A stretch of 64,000 nt of DNA, from positions 984,916 through 1,048,915 of the forward strand of contig CAJFCJ010000020.1 of NCBI GenBank assembly GCA_904063045.1, given 5' to 3'. The stretch is from Dimorphilus gyrociliatus (taxonomy: Eukaryota > Animalia > Annelida). A program made the position numbers and the translations under genes. Shown here one piece after another: positions 26,279-38,604 of the stretch. Within the stretch, counting starts at the first letter, position 1, and every line of letters begins with the position of its first letter. Below the pieces are notes generated by a model, which saw nothing but the letters and a program-made list of their open reading frames with translations, made no database searches and was not told the origin of the DNA.

Positions 26279-29200
26279 AGGAGACAATGAAACGGAGATA
26301 AAGGGGATAAAAAAGGGTTCTAATGAAACTAGAATAAAGAAAGAAAATAACTGACAAAAGAGGAACTGCTAAAATAAATAAATTGTTCGATGGATAAATG
26401 AAAGGTAAAAGGAAGAGCTGAAGAACACGGAAAACGGCTTAAAAAGTTTTCGAACAAGTTTTTATTAACTATATTTTGATGCATCTTCTCTCATGTGCAT
26501 TGTTACAGCGTCTAACAAATCAATTAGGCAAAGTAATCATGCAAAAGGCCTCTTTGTCCGCTAGGCTTCTACCGATATGCATCCGCGCCTAATAGGCAAT
26601 AATGTAGACGTCTATTATCGGCACTCAGCAGGCCTATAATAAGAAAATATATTTCCCTGATCAAGTATGATTCTTTCTTCCTACTGTCTTGATTAGTCGA
26701 TGTAATGTCACCTTCTTATACATTATCTCTAGAATAAAAAATTCTTTAAAATGGAACTGGAAAAACGCCAACTTCCCCCTTTTATTCCTGCCCTTTTTTC
26801 TTCCCTTCTTCTTTTAACATTTCCCCGGTCTTTATATCGTCGGTTACTCTTCAATTCATTCTATTTATAGAGAAAATATATATACCATGTTGCATAGATG
26901 GTTACAGACAAATACGACAGGTTGGAATATACCCAAAGGCCATTTCTTGGAAATTTCTCTATACCATTCAATGTATACAAATGTATACTGTATTATATGA
27001 ATATTATTATCTAATATTATATTAGACACATAGACATAAACATTACGTACAATACCAACAATCCAAAGTATATATATGCTATATATTGTATTAAGTATAT
27101 ATTAGTATATATATATATATAGAACATATATTCATATACATATAGATATAATTCTTTGTATATTAGTTTGTATTTACACAACGTATGTATTTAATACCAT
27201 ATACCTAGTCATATATTTTACATACTATCCAAATATACCTATACATAGATACTATATACTGTTTATAAGGAAAATTTTTTATCCTTTGATAATTCTAAGG
27301 AATATTATAAATAATAAATAAGCATATGATTTGCAAAGGAACCTCTATTTATAGTAAGGTTCCCTCATAAATCTATTTCTTTAGATAAGAATTAATACCG
27401 TTTCGTCTGTCATGCGGAAATTTATAGCGACTTCTCTCACGGATGCGAAAAGGGAAAAAAAAACATAAGAAGTCGGCTGCCTGTCAATTCAATCTGCAAC
27501 AATTCCTTAGGCATGTTTGCAGTAAGGATGCATTGCGTCACAGGTTGGAGGTAATTAGCGTTTGATTGGCTGAGGGCGTCTTTTAGCTTTATAGTCATTT
27601 TGCTTGATTACTCGATGGCGTTTTTCAAGCCTATGTGTACTCACTTTAATTGCTTTTGATATTTAACATGAATTTTACTTTCATTGATAATTGTCAGAGA
27701 TTCTATGGTGGGAGGAAAAATATACCTAAAATTTTCAATGTAATGGTTTATTTTGCTGGGTAGTGTTCCAGGAGAAAAACAAACTTTATTAGAATAAGAA
27801 ACTGCTCATTTTAACTACTTAAATCGTTTCAAATTGCATAAAAGTCTTCTTTGAAATGGTTTAATTTAAAATGATGAAATAATAACCCATTGGATTAAAC
27901 AATTTTAGGCACTTTTAAATCAGAAATTAGTACAGTGAACAAAGATATTGATGCAATCAAAGTACACTTAAATAGAAAGTACAATTAAAGCTATAGTACA
28001 GGCTTTCTCGAGCATCAGCGTCCTTCCGTTTCCGTAATAGAGGAGTATGCGTCACCTGTAGAAATATAGTACTCTACCCTTTTTACAAGAATGGATCATA
28101 TCAAGTACCACAACTGTCTTAAATTAGTCTTTCTTTTTTGTACACTAGTCTCTAATTGCTTACTTATCAAAATGTTAATTGAGAATCTGCTCTATTTCGA
28201 TCTCAACAACCAATATTTAATTGTTAAGGAATATTAAAAGCCTCATTCGTTCATTTCCATTCACTGGGAAACGTTAGTTATCAATTGTCCATCATTAGTC
28301 CTTCCTGACCGTCTGTGCACTCATTCCAAGAATAATATGCTTCTCGGTTGGCCACATGACTTTGTAATCTTTCAGCATCATTTCCCATAATTATCTCATC
28401 TTCTCTAAACCTATATAATGTAATTTTTTACCTTACGGCGGTTTGTTCTCAATGATCTACATGTAAGCACTCCGTTTTGTCCAAAAAGAGAATAAAAATA
28501 ACTGAAAACCTTTGAAACTGCAAAGAATGTGATCATATTTCTTGCATATTTAAAATTTTCGTTTGATCACATGATCTTATTATTCAATATAAAAAGATTA
28601 TCTTAATAATTACGTCCATGTAGCGTTGAATAATTAGTCGTTACTATGTTTAGCCGTAGAAATACGTAATTAAAAAAAAGACAACATAGTAATAAACTAT
28701 ATACGAAAATTAGAAAGATTGCTGATTCATGTCAATGTTGCCCTATAGAAATTGCTATAGTTTTTTGTGGAAAATAGTATCAACTTAAATTGATGATGTA
28801 TAAAAGAAGAATGAGAAATAAGTCACCATTTAGATTCATTTCATTTTTATTGTTGTTATCGTCAATAGAAAAAATTATACTTCACAGACGAGAATATGAG
28901 CTTCTGCTAGTCAGTTAGGTTGTTTTTGTAAAAGACGGTAAAGAAGCAATATAAGTGGATCATTACACTTCTCTTTCTAAAGATGATACCCCTACTCCCC
29001 TAATCTAAAAAATTTTCCACTCAATAGTTTACATGTAAAGTTCTTTGAATAGTTTGATTGCATATGTAAGGTTGCCAACATATTACATTTTGATAAAAGA
29101 AACAATTTCCAAAGAAATGTCTGTTAACGAGAAAAAATAACAGCACGATTACTAAAAGCAAGAAATATAACGGATGTGTCAGCAGATTAACGCTACGCCA

Positions 29201-32200
29201 GAACATTAGAGAAGACAAATCCTCAAACTGAAAATAGCTAACATTACTGAATGGTAATAGAAAGAAAGCAGGCGGTCTATTCCGTTTTTCTTTCCTATAT
29301 ACTGTATAATCCAGCAGCCTTTTCACTCGTAGCGGAAATTTAGACAAAGTATAGTAAAAAAAAAAACAAAAAAACAACAACGGAAGATGAAACTTCATTA
29401 TGAATCAAAGTAAGGATTTAAGGAAGAAATTAAAAAGTAACTTAGCTACGAAATCCCAAAATTAACAGACAAGAAATTGTATACTGTATACTTGATCATC
29501 TTATGAAAATTCGCTGCTTTTAAGATGATATATTTTCAATTTCCACTCTTTTGTTAAATAAGTATTCTATGTCTAATGACTTTTATGAAGATATGATTTT
29601 ATAATTAATTACTAATAATACTTAACTAATAAGTGATAATACATTTAAAAGGTTGACTCCTCTTGGAGCTCTTTCCGTTGAATCTTTTACATCCTGTAAC
29701 CTATAATACTTCATATATCTTCCTTTAATGATGAAAGTAACATAAAAATGATAATTTCGACTAGATATTATGTTTTTGATAAAAAGCCAATTGTTCCCTT
29801 CTTCAAAGGTAAATACCGCTCAAAACGTATTTAGACTACAATAATAAGGTAATTCCACTTATACTATCTTAATTGCCTTATTAAAGTTGTTAATAAGCAA
29901 TAATGAGCCCACCCAAAAGCCTAAGACTTTCCTGGTTTGTAAATAAATAAAATGCTTATATACAAACATCTATACATTTACAGTACATACCAACATGTGC
30001 AATGTATTAAATGAATATATAGCTTTATACATACACTTATATATCATCCTATTAGGGCTTTATTGAAAGATATCATTGCAGTCTTATGTAAATAATATGG
30101 AAAGAGATACAAAAGAAAGAAAACTGTCTTGTACATACAAAACGCAATATTTGTCCTTTTATTTTTCTATTTGGAATACTGCAATATATAGCAATTTTTC
30201 TAAGCCTATAGATATTCAATATACCAATACGCAAATATCAAGCATGAATTATGTTATATGTCATGAAAGATTAAGTGCTCTAAATACTGTGAAATAAAAA
30301 CAAATATACTACATGAACCGCAAAGTTGTACAGTATACCAAATATTTGAATTTATTATTGTTATAGCAGTATACAATATATTATATGTAACATAATGAAA
30401 TTATTGTTTATTTACCAGTTTATTTTATATATCATAAAATACAACTATATTGCTATCTATTATTAAAATATATGTTAGTATGAATAGTAAATTTCTTTTA
30501 AGTAATAAAATCTGCATAAAATGTTCATTTTCTCTTTTCGGATAAATAGCCTCCCTTTTTTTTTGTTTTTTTAAAAAAACAAAATAAATAATTATTTAAA
30601 TAATCATTACCACCTATTTATAAAACTATAAAGACTTTATTTTTAGGTCACTAATATACTTTTCTTTTTTTTTTATATAAAATTCTTCTAATTTAAATAC
30701 CAAATAATTTCCGTTTTATATTATCATTAAGAAAAAAACGAACCTAATTTGCATACTGTTTAAATACAATTAAAACAATACTTTTTAGTTTTCATTAAGT
30801 CTATCAAAAATTGTTTATTATGTCAACAACTTTAAATATTTTCCATCTTTAATCAGTTATAATTCTAATATAATAGAGAAACTTCGCATCACTTAAACAA
30901 ACAGAAAAAGTCCTATTGTAACATTTATAATGCTTTTTTTTATGTTTCCTTGCCTAAATAATTATGAAAGTATAATGCTAAATGTCGGTTTATTAACAAA
31001 TAAATAAAATAAATGCATAGATTAGTAAAGATCATTAATTAATATATTAAGTGTATCATAAGTGGAATTCGCGTTTTTTTTTTTTTTTTTTTTGGAGTAT
31101 TAATGGCATTTATACAATTTATTAAGTATGCTTTTTAACTGTAATCCGTTCCGTTTGTTTTCTGTATAAAAAGGTTATGGACTCGCATTTTTATATTAGA
31201 AAACAAGAAATAACATCAAAGTGTCTAAAGTGAATATAAAGACTGAAAGCTGATGCCGTGATTTGTCTAATACACGGCTGTTTGATTGCGTAATTGGAAT
31301 TGTATAGGCTCCACTGGGTAAATAGGGTACCTAAATGTTAAAATGAATCTAATCTTTTTGGCTATATAATAGCTCGTAATTAATTAATTTCTTCTATTTA
31401 TTTCTCGATAATGGATCTAAAGGGATAGGATTCTCTTAAAATTCTAATTGTATTCCAAATAACTCAACAAACCTTGGAAAAGTATAGGAAAGGAGGAAAT
31501 TGTCATCAAAATTGTTATAATTTGTTAAATGTAGCGTTTTAACTAGGTACAATTGAGGTTGCGCAAGACGTAAATTCGTTTTGCGTGATTCGTTTTCTTT
31601 TTTCCTCACAAGTTTCTCATTCTCTTCTTCTCTAGATGGTAGGAGGGAGGCTTATGAAGAAATTTTATCGCGGTTATTTAACACAAAACCTTAGATTCTG
31701 ACTAACACCCTTCTATAATTAAATAATATGAAAAGCGATTGAAGTTTCCTTTTACTATTAAATTTTTACCTTCTTCAAAAGCAGATATGAGTAGATTAAA
31801 CATGTTAAAAATTCAGGTGGGCTTAATTAAGCAGGGCAGAATTGTTATTAGTGTTGTTAATTTTTAATGGTTGTTTAGGGTGTCGAGAGAAGGGTATCAG
31901 CTTTAGAATTCGCCTCTTCAAATATATAATAAGCGGATGTAACAGGTGTGTAAATCTCAGCGGCTAACAAGTATGTTTCCAACTAACAATTCCAATTACA
32001 AGCATCCATTTCCCTATTTCTCTTTGTTATTAAAGTTTTTCTAAGCTTTTAGCAGGAAATCTTTTCTTTTTCTCTTTTTACTATTTGATGAAAGAGAGAT
32101 AAAAACAGTAAAAAATATGCCCTGTTTTATCCTTTTTATACACTTTTGTTATTATTTCTTTTATTGAACAAAATACTTTCGACGGCTAATATGACTCTTT

Positions 32201-32828
32201 TCAATAATTATACGTCAACTTTCGTCCAACGTCGAAAATCTATTCTTTTCATTATTCTATTCCTCTTATATTTTTTTCATAGAATTACTTGAAAATGCTT
32301 CACTATATAAAAATAATCAAGGCCATGCTACACAGCAAGAAATAATTAAATAAAAACTGATCTGAGAGCGTCTCATGGGCATGAAACAAAAATCAAAATC
32401 TACACAAGAATTCCACGGCTCAATAAGCAGACAGCATGGTAGTTTGGACCCGCTAAAACAAGTATAAGGTGTCTCTTAACGCTTGGCTGGTTAGCGCACA
32501 GACCAGTGGTCACATGAATGATTTTTTATGTACTTCCTCCTCTTTATTAAAATAGCTCTAGTATGATTTCGCTCCACTTATCGATAAAGTCACCATTGAA
32601 TCGCAATTTTCGTAGATAAGATTTAAGTGAGAAGAGATTGGTACCATTCTGAACTAAGTGTCGGAAAAGGAGCTTAATAAGGAGCGAAAGGCAGAGAAAA
32701 ACAGCTCTATTTAAGCCTTAATCTGTAAAAAGCTTAAAACTATTAGATGAAATCTAACATTAAAGGAAAAGCGATTGTTAGGTCGCAAAAGAAAAGACAA
32801 TTATAGAAGCCGCTGCACAATAATTATA

Positions 32829-32842
32829 TGACCCCTTGACCC
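32829..32842 (-). promoter_or_regulatory. Nuclear-receptor DR2-type element GGGTCA-ag-GGGTCA
   Basis: Plus strand TGACCC ct TGACCC: two perfect RGGTCA half-sites with a 2-nt spacer. Confidence 0.35.
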
Positions 32843-33613
32843 TTACAGACTGTCCGCATTAAAGGGCTCATCTTCAACGAAGCCTAAGGCCGTGATAATT
32901 AAGCATCGTTTTGATCTATTTTATGGCAATATTTGTTTACTGAGTGATAGAGTAGATTAAGTAATAAAATATTGTCCATATTTATCAAGAACTAATTTGC
33001 AAAAATTGATACGCTTTATTATAAATGTCACTAGTATATTGTCATAATTGATTATCTACCGCAAATGCTTCGTAAAATATATTCACTACATGTACGCAAA
33101 GGGGAACAAGTTTAACCCTCATGGATACAATGTGTATATTCCATTGTAGTAACTCCATCTAGCGCTTGTCTACTATTCATCTACAAAATTAAAATAGATT
33201 TATAAATCTAAAATTTGTGATACCTCAATCAATCAATTATTAGAGAGATAGAAAATTAAATATGATTCTCACGATTATTCTGTCCATCGTAGCTATTTAT
33301 TTATTTACTTTGTTAAGTATAGCCTCTTGCCTTGGAATTTCATCCTCAAGGCAACATGAAGCTAAAAATATCAAGGAATGCTTATTCATTAGAAGTTGAA
33401 ATCAGAAAATCTGATTATAAAATGATCCTATAAGGTTTTCAATATCTTTAGCAAATCGATAAAAGATTTCTAATTGGACAAATAAAAAATAGGGTTTTAG
33501 ATGCTTTTCTTTGTATATAAAAAAGAATATTTATATATATTTATTTATATAGGCTGATATATGTAAATTTTGGAAGAAACATTGTTCATTGCATTGGTAA
33601 AAAAAAGTATTAA

Positions 33614-36130
33614 TTAATCAGTTTGTTCAATATAAAATCTAGACGAGGAGTAAGGATAGTGCTGATTTCGTAATAACTGTACATCTTCCCTAACAGAACT
33701 GACTTGTTTAGTGAAACTATTTAAAGCTCTTGCCTGTTCCTCACTCCTTAGAGCCCATTCCAACCTTTCTTTTTCTAATTCTTCAATTTTTTTCCTGAAT
33801 TCCTCATTCTCATCAGCTAATTTGCAACACTTGTCATCCCTCTTCCCCATTTCAATTTGTAATTTATCAACCGAACTCTGGAGTTGAGAGTGAGCTGACA
33901 CCACCTGATTTAATTGAGTAGCTAGTTGTTTTCTCTCTCTGTGAGAGACGTCTAAAGCTTCTTTCCAGCCTAATTCGGCAACCCGACTTTTTTCATTTAA
34001 GCTATTTGCTTTTTCTTTCATTTTTTTCAACTCGTACAGAGATTCGTCTCGAGATTTAACAGCTTCTTGAAAATCTCTTTCCTTTCTATTACATGACTCT
34101 CTAACAAGTTCCAGCTCGTTACGTAAGCGATTTTCGTCGGCTTTAACCAGATCGTAATCTCTTTCAGTTTTTGTCAACGAGTCTTTCAAATCGTCTACTA
34201 ATTCCCTTAATTTAACAGCTTCAGCCTTTGCAGATCCTTAACAAGAGCAGAATTGAAAAGAAAATAATTATTCTTTCTGAATTTCAGCAGAAAATACGTA
34301 CCACTATCTTCAAGTTCTCTCTGTAAATCATCTACTCTAGACTCGAGGCGACCTTTATCATAAGAGAGCCGTTGTTTTTGTTCCGTTAAATTAGCTAAAG
34401 TTCGTTCCAATTGCTGCTGAGCCCTTCCATGTTGCATAGAACTAGCTATTCTTTCTCTTAATTGTCCTATTTCTATTCTGTATTCGTCTCTTTCCTTTTC
34501 AACTTTCTTCAATTCTTCAACAAGTTCATCCAATTGACTTTCAACATTTTTCCGCTCTTCCACTACATTGTCTAAAGCATCATTAACTTCATCCAGTAGA
34601 TTATCTTTTTCCTTTAAAGCAGCTGCCTGTTCAGCCCTTAGTAATTCAATTTCTTGATTCCTCTCGTTTAAAACAGCTTGGCACTCTTCAAGTTTTCTCC
34701 TGAGTTCACATTTAGATCTTGCTTCTAAAGTTAGTTGTTTTTTTAAGGCCTCTTCATTATTTGAAACTTGGCTGAGGGCTCTAAATATGACATCATAGTG
34801 ATAAAATATATATTAAATAAAACACGTTCAAACAAAACCTTGCTTTGTCAGCGCTTTCCTCACACTCTGCAAGTAATTTAGCATTATGGGCAGCCGCTTC
34901 TTTCAAAGCTTCTCGAAGTTGTTCATCTCTAACCATAGATACAGCACCGGCTTTTTGAGCTTTTTCTAACTTTTCCATTAAACTAGAATAGTCTATTCTC
35001 ATTTTTTCCAACTCTTTAATAGTCTTGTCGCGCTGTCCGTCGGTAATCTCGAATTTCCTTTGAAATTCATCTAAGATAAAAAGTAAATTTAAAGATGTAT
35101 ATCTGTTAAAAAGTAAACATGTTGAAAGATAAACACCTCTTTCAGCTTTGATGGCCTTTAGTGTGTTTTCCGTGACAGTTCTCCTTTGTCTCTCGGTCGA
35201 TGCTTCATGTTGTATTTGAATCATTTCCTTTTTTAGACTAGAGCAACTAGCTGTTAAACTGGACAGATTGTCTCTTTCTGAAGAGGAAAAGCATTCCATT
35301 TCTTGTAACCTCTTCTGTGAACTTCTGTGAGCCTCCTCTAAACTTTTTCTAACGCTTATTTCTCTACTCAACTCAGCTCTAAGCTCATCAATTCTCCTTT
35401 GTAATTTTATTTTTATGGCATCATTGTTTGAAATCAATAACTTGGCACTCTCAACTTCATTTTCTGCTTTGTTCAACTTCCTTTTAAGAACAACAATATC
35501 TCTTTGTAAATTGGCAACCTCTTTTTCATAAGCATCAGCCGCTTGTGAGAATTTTTCCACTTTTCTCTTCTTAAAGGCACTTTTTTCTGATCTTTTTTGA
35601 ATAACAAAATCAATAGCTATTTTCTATCATTATTTAATTAAGAAAACCAGTACTTATTTGATAAACTTGAACAATCAATACTTTTCATTTTATTGAACGA
35701 TTAATCAGTAGAAGTGATCAATAAAATCAGCTTTAGACTGTTATTATATAAGAAAATTTATTTTTACCTTAATTGATCTAAAGAGGATCTTAGCGTTCTG
35801 ATTGCACTTTCGCTTTTACAAACTCTCTCAACAATCGAAGGATCTGTTTGCTCAGAATTCACTGTCATTGAAGCCACAGCAGCTGCTATATCTTGAGTAT
35901 CTTTTTCAGCAACTTTTAAATGTTTCTGAATTTCGCTTAGAGCTTTTTCTTCGGGATCTTCAACCTTCTAAAGCAAGTATAAACATGCATTTTTCCGATA
36001 ACAAGTCAATTATTAAAAACAAACTATACATTAAATTAAACTGTCTGATCTAAAAACGAACTATTGTTGCACTAACCATTTCAGTACTGAACGATACGTT
36101 TTTCACCAATTTGTTTGATGATGAAAACAT
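33614..36130 (-). CDS. CCDC150: Coiled-coil domain-containing protein 150-like, 6 exons, ~680 aa
   Basis: Exons 36077-36130, 35768-35967, 35137-35591, 34839-35070, 34302-34780, 33614-34236 join in frame (2043 nt). Motifs IVERVCKSESAIRTLRSSL, IDELRAELSREISVRKSLEE, RLSYDKGRLESRV and QVVSAHSQLQSSVDKLQIEMGKRD align in order with remembered human CCDC150 ([73 protein letters not shown]). Confidence 0.8.
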
Positions 36131-36798
36131 CGTTTCTTATTATTTAAATAAACTGCTTCTAGGGAAATTTTTTATTTGGTATTACTAAATACCAAGCGGC
36201 GAGTGGTTGATTTTTTCAAATCTATAATATAGATATACCATTATCTTATCTTTTAACATTTTTGACAGTTAGTTATTAACTCGTTAATGATAATTTATCA
36301 GTAAATACAAATAGTCTTTTCAAACTAAAAATATATGATTGTAAAGCATATAAGACGATTAGAGCGCCTTCTTTATTTTCGATAGTGTTTAAGTAAGGTT
36401 ATATTAGTAATAATTACCAAATGTGTGTTTTGAATAAGTATACTATAGACAAAAAAAACTAAATGGCTTACAATTTAAGCCATAGCTAAATAGTATATAA
36501 TCAATAGCTCTAAATGTTTGCAATGATTATCATACGATGAGCGTTGTTCATACAATAGAACTATTTTTAGTCTGTTCATTTTACAAACATATTCAATTCT
36601 CTTTCCACAGATTTTAAACAAGGAACTAAATAACAATAATTGAAATGTTTATTACTGATCTTTTTTTTCCAATTTTTCATGGAGTTTTTATCTATTTTGA
36701 TATGATTATCAGATTGTAAAGGTTGATTATCACAACAAATTTTCCCGCCTGGTCAACACAAATCGAAAGTTATTCCACCGTGGACATTGCAAACGAAA

Positions 36799-38305
36799 AT
36801 GGCGAATAAAGAGGATACATTACAAAATCAGGTTTTTTATTTACTTTTATGGATGTTTAAATATTAATATTAAAATATACTAATATGTAAAACTATTATA
36901 AATTAGAACATTTTTACTACAAGGTGGATATCAAATAATTTTCTTATAAATTAGAGATTTATACTTATCAACAATGACTCATTATCATACAATTTTATAA
37001 TTCAAAATTTTACAGCAACAGATTATAAGAGGAGAATTACCTCCTGACTTTCTGAGATTCAACGTTTCTCGACAAGATCAGCAAGTGGCAGCTGACGAAC
37101 AAGCAGCACAAATGTTACAAGTGATTATTTTGAAATGGTAAATAATTTATCATTATATAATCTGAATTGTCATTTTCAGGCACAGTACGCTGGTTATACA
37201 ACAACCCCTATAGCTGCTCCTATTGCTCAAAATCGTATAAGCGTAACGATTGTTGAGGTATGTTGTTAAATACTTGACTTAAAAATCTAGAAACTGCTCA
37301 TCAATATTCTAAATTCAATTTTCAAATCTATTAAAAGGCAGCACTGGTTAAAAATTACGGACTAACAAAGATGGATTTATACTGTCGATTAAGAATTGGG
37401 CATTCTGTATTTGAAACACATACTAATAACAGTGCGGGAAAAAATCCAAGATGGAATAAAACTGTCCACTGGTGGGTATATTTGATCAAAACTTCAATAG
37501 AAGCACTATAAATATCCTTCTTTGCTTAGTTTTCTAATAAATACAAAGAGAATAATATATTAATGATTCTATCATTTCTTTTTGACAGTCTCGTCCCCCA
37601 AGGTGTAGATTCTATGTTTATAGAGATTTTCGAGGAGAGAACATTTTTTTCAACTGACGATAAAGTTGCATGGGCTCATGTTCTTATTCCAGAAAGAGTA
37701 ACTGTAAGTGGGGATACAATCGATGATTGGTATCCTTTAAGTGGAAAGCAAGGAGAAAAGAAAGAGGGAAATATCAAATTAGTCATCAGCAAGGTGAGAA
37801 TAGTATCTTCTTTTAAATAGTTGAAAAATAATTATAATTCTCTTGATTTCAAGACACAAAATCCAAATGTAATGCCTTATCCGCCCGCTCCACAATTAAT
37901 GGTTATTCCACAAGGAGGATACTTCCCACCTCAAATTGGTATACAAAGTTTGCTATTAAATTAAAAAATCATTAAAACACGGCTAAGTTATTTGATGTAC
38001 TTCAAGCCCATCAACAAGTCATTCGCGGGGTTCCACAGCAACATCCTCAGCAACAGCAACAAGTAGGTCCTTTATACACGGAAGAAGATATCAAACAGGT
38101 AGCTATAACAGTACACCTAAATGTGTTTGATAATATCACCTTACAAAAGATGATTTTATTCTAAATTGTATAACTTAAAATTTTGCAGTTAAAAGATATG
38201 TTCCCTGGAGTAGATGAAGATGTTGTCAAATCAGTACTTCACGCTAATCAAGGAAATAAAGATCGAGCAATTAACGATCTTTTGCAAATGTCCCAAACTA
38301 ATTAA
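36799..38305 (+). CDS. TOLLIP: Toll-interacting protein (TBD-C2-CUE), 8 exons
   Basis: GELPPDFLRF, KNYGLTKMDLYCRLRIGHSVFET, KNPRWNKTVHC, EIFEERTFFSTDDKVAWAHV, WYPLSGKQGEKKEGNIKL, CUE domain LKDMFPGVDEDVVKSVLHANQGNKDRAINDLLQM; GT-AG introns in phase; TAA 38303-38305. Confidence 0.97.
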
Positions 38306-38604
38306 AAATGCTTTGTTTTAAAAAAATTATTTTCCCTTTGATTTAATGACATTGTAAAGAGTAGTAATGGACAATGCCTTTTATAAATACAAGTTTATAA
38401 ACAATAATATTTAATAGCTCAAAAACATCAAAATATATTTTAAAATTATCTCTGATTCTCACTCTACTTCTCGCTCTAGTGGCAATTTTTAATAACGTCT
38501 ACTTTTATTAATAACAAAAAGAAACTATTTCCCGAACAAAAATTGTGTTTATAGAAACATAAGTATTGTTATAGAGTTTAAAATATATGTAAAAAAAAAA
38601 CCTA

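Noticed and set aside
26495-26503. GTGCATTGT matching the start of miR-33
   Set aside because: Only 9 nt match and no precursor hairpin. No other conserved miRNA mature sequence was recognised.
33327-33354. 8-bp stem hairpin TTGCCTTG..CAAGGCAA downstream of CCDC150
   Set aside because: Lacks SECIS core geometry and the IRE CAGUGN loop; a stem this short is expected by chance.
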